A stretch of DNA of 64,000 bases from positions 9,045,408 to 9,109,407 of the forward strand of contig OZ037771.1 in NCBI GenBank assembly GCA_964035545.1, given 5' to 3'. Made by a program: the position numbers and the translations under genes. Numbering within the stretch: the first letter of the stretch is position 1; every line of letters starts with the position of its first letter. Below the pieces are notes generated by a model. That model was given only the letters and a program-made list of their open reading frames with translations, did no database searches and was not told the origin of the DNA. This DNA comes from Bugula neritina (taxonomy: Eukaryota > Animalia > Bryozoa). This document shows positions 35,392 through 47,454 of this stretch, one piece after another.

Positions 35392-37793
35392 TTATTTTTC
35401 ATAATCGAACAACTTTTTCATCATACTGTTATGAGTTGTAGGAGCTGTTGTTGTGACAGGAGTGTCCCCTCTTTTAGTCTCATCAGGGTACTTTTCATTT
35501 AAATCCATGCGTACTTCAGCTACCAAGTCGTTGATTTCGCATATCTCCGGTTTTTCACGTTGCTTAACCAATTTATCCATTAACACTGGTATGAACTGAT
35601 TCCTGGGACTTGTCTCCCCTTCTTGCACATTTCTCCATACAATGAAATTTGTCCACTTCTGTTGATTAGTCTGGCAGGTCTCCTTCAAGAGCTTACCAGC
35701 ACAGCTCTGTACTATCATCACCTAGCAGTAAAAAACCGCATAGGCATAGACATTTCTAGCTTTTTGTTAATTTCTGTACACATACAGTAATAGTTGAGGA
35801 AAAGCATTTGCTATCTCTCATTATATAAAATGCATGTTCAGAATGGCTTACTCTTTAATAAGACAAAATGCATATAACCAAAAACATGTTTGCTTACACT
35901 TTATAGGATTGTCAATAGAATTAATTGATGCATACAGTTGGTTACCTTTGGTATCTTTTCAGGTATGTGCTCATTGATTTTATTAGCGATCCAGTTGAGA
36001 GATACTAACTGCTCGTCCTGCTTGTCCTGCTTGTCCTGCCTAGCCTGATTGGCCTGCTTGGCCTGCTTGTCCTGCTTAGCCTGCTTGCCCCGTTTGTCCA
36101 CACCTTGTACGGAATGACTTGTTCCGTGGGCCATTATAAATACCATCACTAGTGAACACTGCTGCTTTACTTCCTCTAGATGTGTTTCCAACGACTCTTT
36201 CAATTCTTCAGCTGTCCAGTTTTCTTCCTTTCTGATGGTTTTATACCCCACCTCCCCAAGCTTAGTTAACAAGTTTTCAGCTTCATCCTTCCCATTATTG
36301 TATTTTCTTCCATGGCCATCTTGATTTTCACTTCCTTCTCTGTCAATCAAAGTGTAGTACACCAATGCACATTTGTGTGCTCCTTTTTGTTCATTGGTGA
36401 CAACAAACCTGTCAAGGAACCCATTTAGCAAAATTATACTGTCTTGAGTCAGGCTCTCCCTTATTATTTCTCGGTGTATCTTATGTTTACTATCTTCATC
36501 AAATTCAGCATTAAAACTCGCACTAGTGATGAAGCATTCCTTCAAGATGTGATCCAGGCGCTTGGAATATTGTGCTTTCTTTGCTGAAGCCAATCTAACA
36601 AACAGGCAAGACTCCTCATCTCTGGATGACATAAGTACTGTCTTTATATAGTCTGTTGTCAGAAGCTTCACTATCTTCATATAGACTTCATCATCAGCCA
36701 AATCAAGTAAGGTGTGTTCCAATAAGGAATACTGTGGTGATAGTTTTTCATACTTTTCTGTAAGTACCCTGTATGCATGTAACTGTGTTTCTGTTTCAGT
36801 TGAATTTTCTAGCATCTCCTCAAGATCTTCTTCTTTTTTTTCTGGTTCAAACATACTCAGCACAAACTCAAACTGCTTAAAATTAGTTGCCAAAAAATAC
36901 TTGAGGAGGAGATATGTGAACTCTTCAGAAAGACAATTGGTAAAACTTGAGCCAGTTATATCTTCATAAACGTCTAACAGCTTTTGAATCAAAGTATTGT
37001 TGTTAGATGTAAAAGCTATAGCAAAGGCAAGAGATGAAATTTCATCAGTTGGATGAGTCTGTTGTTTGCCATTCCCAACTCTCTTAAAAAACCCTTCAAC
37101 AACATTTTTATCTAGTTTCAACAAGTATTCTACACATTCAGATACCACTTCTTTTTTCTGGGAATCCACCAATATAGCAAGATGGAAGAGAGACATGTTG
37201 AGAGCTTCAAACTCTGTAATTTTCAAAGATGCTAACTCGCTGTTGATGTTCAAAGCCCTGACAATAAAATCATGGTCTTCTTCCAAAAGCATGTAAGCCA
37301 TGAAGTTGATTTCACAGCCCACATTCTGAGTTTCAGGCATAAATTTAATTTGTGTTGTACTCTTGATGTCTTTTCGACAAAATTTATCCCCAAAGTAAAA
37401 TAATTTCTTAGTAACAACTTCGTATAATTTTTGAGGATCACCACTGATGATGCAAGTTTCAGCCTGCTGCCTTAGTTCTTTTCTTTCAGTTTCAAGAGCT
37501 TCTTCATTGGCATTTATTAGTAGTGGAGTTAATCCAGGACAGCGGACATACGACTTATCTGAAGGCTTTTTTCTTGCTGAGCTGAACAAATATTCAAGTA
37601 CTGGATAGATGTCTTCAAGATCATGCTTCTTAATGGCAGGGCTGCTCTGTCCATTAATTATATTATGTAATTTATTTTTCAGCTTTTCAAGTTCTGGTTC
37701 GTTTTCAAAATTTGCTAAATCAAGAAGTTTGGCTAGCTTTTTATTGATATCAATCTGAATGTTTTCATCAACTGGTTGTACATCTGTTTCCAT
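35392..37793 (-). CDS. Caspase-domain protein with ankyrin-like N-terminus, copy B; coding exons 37793-35946 and 35721-35392 (~725 aa)
   Basis: Paralog of copy A: SLVMVFIMAHG, IPK|VMIVQSCAG, NFIVWRNVQEGETSPRNQFIPVL; repeat insert only 9 units (36015-36095). Confidence 0.85.
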
Positions 37794-38689
37794 CTTCTGT
37801 TACTATTAATGAACAAGTAACAGTTTTAAATTCCATTTCAAAACGGTAGCATTAAAACATATATTTCGTATGATCAGTTATTCGGAATCCTAATATAAAT
37901 TGTGAATATCCATAATTTTATAAATTCTTTCAAGAACCTGCATTGGCAAAAACCTACATATAGTCCATTGGTTCAATCTATAGCAGAGTATTATACCACA
38001 AAGTATTTGCACTATAAAGGAGAATAAAGGATATTTGACTAATGCAGATGCACTTGTAACCTATAGGGTTATAATTTTCACTTATGCTACTTTAAAAACA
38101 ACTAGATAAGAAGCCCCAACAGCTCAATTCATAATAGTTTGCTTATAGCTGCATGCACCAAGTAAAATCCAGTGTAACTGTGAGAATAAAACAAATAATT
38201 TATAAGCTGAAATGTTAATGCTAGTTAGACCAACAATGTATTGTACCATCTGATCCAACATAAGTACTACGTACTTTTTTAATTTGCTTAATGTGTCATC
38301 ACTAGGTGAAATTTGTGACAAATGTATAAGATATAACATGGTAAATGCAAGTATACTTACAATATATCTGATAGCATTGAAGCTATTTTTCAAAATGGCT
38401 GTGTTAGTCAAACAACTTGCTAAACAACTATAACCAGGCATGAATGGGGTGACAAACAATGAACTATTGAGTTGTGCATGGTCATGTAAATGCTGCAAAA
38501 TAATCGAATAATTAAAACTATTTGCACTATTTTTCTTCTATAATGTGCAAAACTATTTGGAACTTGGTCATGCGACACTAAACTACAAAGACCACCATTC
38601 TCATACTATTCACAAATGCTATTTATCAACAATCATTGATCCTGTGAAAAATGAGTTTAAATGACTTCATTCAAGGTGAATAGACTGTG

Positions 38690-38953
38690 TAAAACTCAGC
38701 CATGCAATCAGCAAAGTGTACAAATTGAATATCTCACCATTGTAATTGTTATATAAAAGTTCAATTGCAAAATGCATGCTTCTAAAAACTAACTGCACAA
38801 CTTTTGTTAAGTGCATTATTTTAATTCATATCTTAAATTTATAACCATTTAATTTATTGTTAGAAATGTCCAAGTTAAGTGTTTACAGAATTTTATGCAA
38901 GTTATAATGGTGAGATATGCCATTGGTACACTTTGCTGATTGTCTGAGTTTTA
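38690..38953. mobile_element. Degenerate foldback/MITE
   Basis: AAAACTCAG...CAATCAGCAAAGTGTAC...ATATCTCACCATT versus AATGGTGAGATAT...GTACACTTTGCTGATTG..CTGAGTTTT. Confidence 0.5.
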
Positions 38954-40189
38954 TAGTTTATTCTGTGCGAGTGTGTGTGCGTATTGTTGTGAATTTATGC
39001 TGCAGATAAATTACACTGTGGGTAGTTATGAGATTACTGCTGGAACATGAAATCTTTGTGCACGATAGAGATAGAGGAGTGCTGCGAGATTATAATCCAA
39101 TTAGAGTGTATAATCCAACAGTTTTTTTACATCCAATAAACCAAAACAGGCCCAACCCTGGCATGTTACGAGTAAGAAAGATACACACAGAAAAGTATAA
39201 GAATATAACTAACTACTTATGATAAAATTCAAAATGTGTATAGTCATGTGGCCCTTCCTTTTGGCGAACTTCTGAACTTGGCCCTCATGCAAAAGAAATT
39301 GCTCACCTCTGGCATAAAGCTTTGTAAACTGTAGAAAAAAAATAATGTGATGATGATAGGTTTGAGCATCGGCAGCATTTATTTACTATAATGTGAAACT
39401 GCCTTTATTCACCACACTACCAAGCCACTTCCACCAAGGACAAGATGAAGTGACCACCACCCAGAGAGTCCACAGATTGTTACACAGGGTCTCCTTGACA
39501 CAGCAGGTAACACTATGGACACTTTAACTGTACTTGTAGTCCATAAGCTATTACAATCGCAATACTCATTCAGTAAATAGGCGTTTTTATTAATATTTAG
39601 GCTCATAAATATGATAACATAAATATGAAGAAACAATTACACCAGTAATGGGCTACACTTTCTTGAAATTAATCTATTTATTAGCAGATTGTAAAAATTA
39701 CAAATATGTGATGCAAAACATACAGATTTATTATAAACTGTATGCTTTCAAGTTGATACAAGATTTTCCAGTAGAATAAAAGTAAAGACCTGCCAACATT
39801 GAGATGCTTTAGGTTTAAACATGACTGTCTTTAAACATCACCACCACTCTTAGAGAACCAGTGCCTTGTAAACAATCAGACTTACTCCTCAGAACTCATG
39901 CAGTCTACTCTGTTTGATGGAGGAGTTGAAAAATCATGTCTAAGTGCATAAAATCATATTTTTTTACAAGACTGACTAGAAAAGTAATATATGTATGACA
40001 TGTGCTATTTTTGTGATGTCCAACTTCAATGGCAGAAATTTCCAGTTTCACATCATACATGTTATACATAATATATACTATAAATGGTGTACCTATTACA
40101 CTATACATGTTATACATGATATAAGTAATACACAATACATGTAACAAAAATAAATACAATAAGCTTGATGTTGCTAAAAGGCTACAGCA

Positions 40190-40418
40190 CTGGTGCTGTT
40201 GAAAAGCTGATGCTGTCAGAGAGCTGGTGCTGTCAGAGTACTGATGCTGTCAGAGTACTGGTGCTGTCAGAGTACTGGTGCTGTCAGAGAGCTGGTGCTG
40301 TCAGAGTACTGATGCTGTCAGAGTACTGATGCTGCCAGAGAGCTGATGCTGTCAGATAGCTGGTGCTGTCAGAGGGCTGGTGCTGTCAGAGTACTGATGC
40401 TGCCAGAGAGCTGATGCT
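40190..40418. repeat. 17-bp minisatellite (CTG(A/G)TGCTGTCAGAG(TA/AG))n just after the zinc-finger gene stop
   Basis: About 13 tandem units. Confidence 0.9.
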
Positions 40419-43400
40419 AACTAGAATTGGAGCACACAACTTGTTCTGTCTGCTGCCCAGCCTGAGCCACTATTACTGAAGCCATCTCTAGCAACTGCTG
40501 ATCTGACTCCGGCATAACTACACAATAAGACAAGGGGAAGTATTACTACTGTAGCATTGTGGGATGGAGTTGCTGTCTTCTAGTGGTCACATGATTCAGT
40601 TAAAATGAATGGCCACTAGAAGAAGGAAAACAGAGCATTAGTTACCGCTTTTCCCAACTCTAAACATCAATTCAGCTCAACTTATGCAATAATTATTATC
40701 TGAAACCTACTAGACAGGAAATATTCAATAAAAACTCTAATGCTGACTAAAGTCATTTCTTTGCAATGCCCTTCACAAACACACACACCTGTAATAAAGC
40801 CATTGTAATCCCCGTGTTGACCATCTACAATAACAGCCTGACCAGAGTGATCTATTACAATAGAGTGAGTGTGAGCCCCATCTGAGAGAACTACCGAGTG
40901 GCCATCGTCCCCACCCGACAAGACTAGAGGTTGGCAGCTACTTTCCTCAGGAATAACCACTATCTGAGAGTTGTCGTACTTCTCCCCCATAGGGAGGGGT
41001 TCACTAGCACCCTTCTCCTTATCTCCAGAATCTACTTCTACAAGTAGTAAGTGAGAAGTTAAAGCATACGTCAGCTGAGTAGCTAGCCCTTCACTTCAAC
41101 TAAAACACTAAGTTTGAAGTCCTCAAAGAGTAAGCCTAGGGCCACACGGTGCGTATTTTCGCATGCGAAAATTCAAATCACAAGTAGCAAAGGTGTCCAC
41201 TGTGCGCGTTGAGAAAACGTTCGCACTTGCGTTGAAAATGCTGAGCGACAAGTGCGAATCGTCTCCGTCATCGTCACCTAATTGGCTGGTAGCTATTCAG
41301 CGAGCCCAATTTCTTTAATTTAGTGCTACATTCCAGCAAATTGCGTTCTATTGAAAGCGAGTGCGATTTAAAAATGAAAGCTTTATTTATCACGCATCAC
41401 TGACGCTACAGTGGACACCTTTGCTACTTGTGATTTCAATTTTCGCATGCGAAAATACGCACCGTGTGGCCCTAGGCTAATACAAATATTTTAGTAGAAA
41501 ACAGCATTTTCATAGCAACCACTGAAATAGATAAATAATTGACTAGTAAGCAAGATCTTTTTTAAAATATTGCCAAGTAGCCACTAAACACACTACTTAT
41601 TCTTAATGATAGGATGCTAAGTTGACCATCTGGCACACTGGGCTTTGTGATCATAGTGTTATATAGCTAAATTGAACAGACCGACAGTAACTAGTGTCCT
41701 AACTGTCCAAGAAACCTGTTGGCAAGGAAAATATAACCTACCTCTAGAAGGTGCAGCAAGTGCTGATACGTCTGAAAGGGTATCAGCAGGTGTGGGCACA
41801 AGTGACCGGACTTTAGGATGGCGGCGTCTCTTGTGACAAGCGAGAGCATGCGAGTCAGCAAACACTGTGTTGCAGTCTCGACAGAGATGTACCTGACAGA
41901 GAGTATATAATATGTATAGAGTAGTAGAGAGTATATAATATGTATAGAGTAGTAGAGTATATAATATGTATAGAGTAGTAGAGAGTATATAATATGTATA
42001 GAGTAGAGAGTATATAATATGTATAGAGTAGTAGAGTGGTAGTATAATATTTAAACCTGTAGGCCTAATGCAGAACTAAACAGAACGGTGGACGAACCTT
42101 TAAATGAGTTTTCTTGTGCTTTTTCAAGTCAAATGCTCTATAAAATGCATATCCACATGTTTCACAGACATGCTTTTTACCATTCACATGTTCCTGTTCA
42201 TGTCTTTTCAACTCATATGGATCTGCAGTTCTACAGTAAGTTCACATTATATAGTTTTCTAACAGTATGACATCACTATACTAGATACAGTATGACATCA
42301 CTATACTAGATACGGTATGACATCACTATACTAGATACAGTATGACATCACTATACTAGATAGACAGTATGACATCACTATACCAGATACAGTATGACAC
42401 CACTATACTAGATACGGTATGACATCACTATACTAGATAGACAGTATGACATCACTATACCAGATACAGTATGACATCACTATACTAGATACAGTATGAA
42501 ACCACTATACTAGATACGGTATGACATCACTATACTAGATACAGTATGACATCACTATACTAGATAGACAGTATGACATCACTATACCAGATACAGTATG
42601 ACATCACTATACCAGATACAGTATGACATCACTATACTAGATACAGTATGATTTCACTATACTAGGGACAACAAGTTTATTATTACTCAATGTTCTGCTA
42701 AAAAGCTTACTTCCATTGGCAGTTGTTTTGTGGGCAGTGCAGGTTCTTCTCCTGGTGGACATAGAGATGACGTTTCAGGTTGCCAGGTCTCTTGAAGACC
42801 AGGTCACACTGATGGCATTTGTACTCAACATCTGGATGCTCATTCAAGTTGTGTTTACTCAGCTCTGACTTCAAGTTAGTCTGGAATGCCATGCAGTCAG
42901 AATAAACTAACTAACAGTGTTGAGCTACACTACAGTCCAACTTAATGCTGTTACCTCAACTATAATCACATTTGTAAACTGCAATTATAAAATTTTTGCT
43001 AGAATAATTCACTGAGCTGTCAGTTCAATAACATAATGATTCCCCATCAGATGTGAAATATTTGAGTTAAAAGCTATCATAAGAATATATCATAATTTCA
43101 ATAAACTATTTCTCTTATAAATAAAGCTATGATTGTTGTTAATACAACTATTATACTTACGCAGCAACTATTAATTTACTTGTACTAGTGCTAGTAATGT
43201 AGCAATCATTAAATTAATAAAATTAATATTACTGTTTTCACTATCGTTACCATCACTGTTAGCTTCTTTATTACTACTATTATTGCACGTACTTTGTATT
43301 CACACTGACTGCAGGAGAACTCTTCTGTACTTGTATGCACCTTGAGATGGGTACGCAGTTTGTAAGGGTCTGCAGTCTTGTAGTCGCACGACTCACATGA

Positions 43401-46400
43401 GAGGTTCTTCTCTACAACCAAATAGCCTCTGTTCTAACTGTGTGATGTACATCAAGTAATAGTATATCTAGTTTTATACTGAAGGTGCAGTCATAAGCTG
43501 GGCATTCAGACTAGCAACAAATATGAGGAACCAAGGAGAACTTTGAATAGAATATATAAGAGCATTACACACAAGAAGTCACTTAAATTGTGATGTATAC
43601 AAATCGCACACCAGTATATCCATTAAAAGTTTAGTCGAAATACATTACAACTGATAATAATGAGGGAACGAATCCTGAAAGCAGCAGCAGTACACAGTCG
43701 GGTTATATATATAAAACTCACATAAAAATGTACAACACAAACCATACAACTTGCATGCGTGTATGTGTGTTTATGTAAGTGTGTGAGTGTACATGCATGC
43801 TTGTGAGTGTTGTAGGCGTGTGTTGTAGGTGTGTGTTGTGTGTGAGCATGTTGTACGATTCAGCAGAAAAGAGGACACAGACTCACTGACCCTTGTGTCT
43901 ATACATGTGTCTGTCCAAATGCTTCTGAGCATAAAAATGCTTCTGGCAGACGGAGCATTGATATGTTTTGTCTTTGATGTGTTTAGCCATATGTCTAGTC
44001 AGCAAGCTCTGTAGTATGCACTACAATGGTATTAAAACTATAGAGTGTGTGCATGTACTACACTGGACACACTACAGAGTAAGTATATGTACTACACTAA
44101 ACATACCTACAGAGTAAGTATATGTACTACATTAAACACACTACAGAGTAAGTATATGTACTACACTAAACACACTACAGAGTAAGTATATGTACTACAC
44201 CAGACACACTACAGAGTAAGTATATGTACTACACTAATCATATCTACAGTAAACACTACACCGATTCTAGCCAACACCTGCACAATAAACACATCAACTA
44301 AGTGAACCTATACCCTGTAGTCACAGTGCGGACAAGCAAACGGCTTCTCCCGGTTAGGCAGGTGTCTACTCCTCATGTGATTGTTGAGGTAGAGCTTCAG
44401 GGCAAACCTCTGCCCACACTGTTCACACACAAACTTCTTTTCATCTGTATGTCTAACTGTGATGTGTCTTTGCAGCTCAAACACTCTCAGGAAGGTTCTC
44501 TCACACATTGGGCATGGGTGCTGTAATATGATATCAAACAGATAAAGTGTAATGTGTATAGTTTACTGTTCGTAGTGTACTGTGTGCAGTGTAGTGTGTG
44601 TAGTGTACTGTGTGCAATGTAGTGCGTGTAGTGTACTGTGTGCAGCGTAGTGTGTGTAGTGTAATGTGTGCAGTGTAACTTGTGTAGTGTAGTGTGTGTA
44701 GTGTACTGTGTGCAGTGTAGTGCGTGTAGTGTACTGTGTGCAGCGTAGTGTGTGTAGTGTAATGTGTGCAGTGTAACTTGTGTAGTGTAGTGTGTGTAGT
44801 GTACTGTGTGCAGTGTAGTGCGTGTAGTGTACTGTGTGTAGTGTACTATGTGTAGTGTACTATATCAAATGTACTATGTGAAATGCATGTTAAAGAATCC
44901 CGGACACACTTCACTTATGCAGTATTAAAATATTCGTATATATCTTAGTTTCCATCTACATACTGTTTTAAGATATTATGTTTAAACAGTTTTGTTATAT
45001 AATGAATATTGTGCGAGTATGTGCTGAAATGATTTGGGATTTTCGATCGCTTGCGGATGACGTTTTCAGTCGGCTTGGATGTTACCGCTACTATTAAACT
45101 TATACTAATTATAGCTAACTTTCATTGCATGCTATTTTTAGCTGCTACACTGCACACTCTAATCACTGATATGGCTTGAAAGTTCAAACTTTAAATTCTG
45201 CAATGAAACAAAAATACACCCAGCAGTAACTAGCTTAGAGTAGAGTAGCCTAAGAAACTAACCAAATTGTTAGAGTCGGATAGTTTGGAGGTCGCCATTG
45301 ATTTAGCCTTAGTTTCTACAGACTGTATGTGTACCCTCACACCGTCTTGCTCAGTCGTGGTGAAAGTTGTGACTTCAACATCTTGGTCTATACTAGTTCC
45401 TATATCATGCTGCAAATAGAGTGATGTTGATGCAGAACAGCAAGCTCTTTGCACCTAACTACTCGCTAGCATTAATAGCCACACATTATTCTGGAATGAC
45501 AATAAATATTTTGCAAAAAGTAACAAACAATCCAAGTTTAAATGACCTGCCAATTCCAAACTTAACTACCACGTTCTCATGACAGTGTTTACGAGCTTAG
45601 AAGTCCATCAAGCTTTTCCACCACTGATTTCAAACAAAAGAAAACACTTACTGGTTTGGTGGAAATTCTCAAAATTTTAGAAAATAGGTATACTCATTAA
45701 TCTACCCGATAGGTTTCAAATGTATAGCTCTAATAAAATATTGTAAGCTCCAACATAATAGTATAAGCTCTGACAGAATATCATAAGTTGCATAGAATTT
45801 TATAAGTTCATTAGTTGTCTCAATTACTAGTTACCTCTCCCGCAATTGATATTTCAGATATTTGTGGGTCCACAATTAGCTCTTCAGCAATTTGTTGATT
45901 GGTACATTCCTCGTCTACAGCACATTCTGACTGTATTGATTCAGACGTTAACTGCTGTTCAGAATTCACCAGAGAGATCTCCTGCTCATTGACATCTAGC
46001 TGCTGATCAGAATTCACCAGAGAGATCTCCTGCTCATTGACATCTAACTGCTGTTCAGAATCTCTCAGTGAAATTTCGCTAGCAACCATTGACTCACCTA
46101 TCGAGTCTACAGAGAGCTTTACATTGAATATATGAGGAGATTCTTGGTCTGCATCTACACTCTCCAACAACGTTACTCTCTCAACCGACCTGATTGGCCC
46201 ACCTATATCCTGAAACAGCATAAGAATTTGAATAACCTACATGAAACAATAAATTGTAACATTTCCGACTTGCTTTAGAGTTTAGACAAACATGACAAAC
46301 TAAACACAAACTAACTTGGAGCTTTTGAGGGTTCGCTGCTATAAGAGCAATGATTTCCCGCAAAACATTCTCAAGATTGAAGATTGTTGAGGCTATAGAT

Positions 46401-46501
46401 CGTTCACATTTACTAGAAACACTGACTAACAGCTCATTCATTTCAATCTCGCTAATGGTCATCTTTCCCTGGAACAATGTCGAAATAAGTTCAGGTTTAG
46501 C
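40417..46501 (-). CDS. Multi-exon C2H2 zinc-finger protein (10 fingers, acidic N- and C-terminal regions); further 5' exons not resolved
   Basis: Spliced exons ~46501-46316, 46209-45835, 45409-45263, 44520-44314, 44020-43891, 43411-43293, 42880-42711, 42230-42098, 41892-41742, 41037-40789, 40517-40417 (some edges approximate) give CPMC..H, CEQC..H, CPHC..H, CSVC..H, CESC..H, CSQC..H, CHQC..H, CPQNNC..H, CETC..H, CRDC..H fingers; GT-AG boundaries with consistent phases. Confidence 0.9.
41134..41477. mobile_element. PIF/Harbinger-type MITE
   Basis: ~70-bp near-perfect TIRs (GCCTAGGGCCACACGGTGCG...), TAA TSD on both sides. Confidence 0.9.
41897..42050. repeat. Intronic minisatellite (AGAGTATATAATATGTATAGAGTAGT)n
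   Basis: Direct reading. Confidence 0.9.
42262..42665. repeat. Intronic ~25-27-bp minisatellite (CAGTATGACATCACTATACTAGATA)n
   Basis: About 15 units. Confidence 0.9.
44030..44260. repeat. Intronic ~36-bp minisatellite (ACACTACAGAGTAAGTATATGTACTACACTAA..)n
   Basis: Direct reading. Confidence 0.85.
44560..44880. repeat. Intronic GT-rich minisatellite (GTAGTGTACTGTGT...)n
   Basis: Direct reading. Confidence 0.85.
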
Positions 46502-47454
46502 CTATAAATATTTCAAAAACAGCAAATGACATCTGATCCAAAGAACATAAGATCTACTGATGACTTTGATATTATAAAAATACATTTACTTAATTTAGAG
46601 CTATGCACTGCACAAAACAGAGAATTACAGTATAAACAGAAATATAACAAAATTACTAAAGGACAAGCTTGGCCTCGTGACTGACTAACTCAATCTAACC
46701 CTGGTGAGATATAAGTAAAATTCTTCAGTGAGCTAAAAAAACTGTACAGATATACATTAGTTTGTAAAGCTTAAGCTCTCTAACCAACTAAATAATTGTA
46801 GCAAAGAGCTTACAAATCAATGTGAAATTATGCAAAAAAATAGTGAGTATTGTAGCAGGACTTCAAAAAAGGAGTTACATGCGGATTTTATTGAGCTAGC
46901 AAATAGTGAATGATAATTTGATGAATGCTATATTTTCACAGGCAAACTCTACTTGCACATTGCTAAAAGGTACTAAAAATTTTGGTGCAATTCAGCACCA
47001 CCGATTTTGGATTATATGCACTTCTTAGTCATTGACTATCCTTTTTTAGTTTTGATTCATCTTCAATTTGGTTTATTATTCTTTTGCGGCATACCATCTT
47101 AACATAGTTTTTTCCATTACGCTGTATCTCCTCTCGATTCTGTTTACAACTCTCTTGTATGCTTCCATTTGACAACTTTGTTTCCTGTCTAACCACCCCA
47201 GCTCTATATACTAATTTGTGCATTATTTTACAATCTAAGGTGTTGTGGTTGCTCATTTTACAATGAGTGCAGTACTTTCTGTGCTTTGTACCCCGTTTGG
47301 GTGTATTGTTGTAGTTTTGTGCACTACTAGAGTGGGGTATTATTGCATAGTTTACTATGAAGTTGCGAGAGAAACCGGAGGAGTTGATGTTTATAAAATA
47401 TTTACATTCAAAGGCTAATTAGATACAAACAAAGTCATTAATAGCTGCAAAAGA

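Larger units (their letters stand above)
32568..37990 (+). repeat. Segmental duplicate of ~7839-13900 (DNAJC3 intron 6 to 3' end plus caspase gene)
   Basis: Colinear match begins GTCAATAGACTTTACAATGCC at 7839/32568 and continues through DNAJC3 exons 7-10 and the caspase gene. Confidence 0.95.

Noticed and set aside
42262-42665. Regular ~25-bp repeats (also 63461-63820 and 40190-40418) that could be mistaken for CRISPR arrays
   Set aside because: Head-to-tail units with no unique spacers, in eukaryotic intron/UTR context, with no cas genes.
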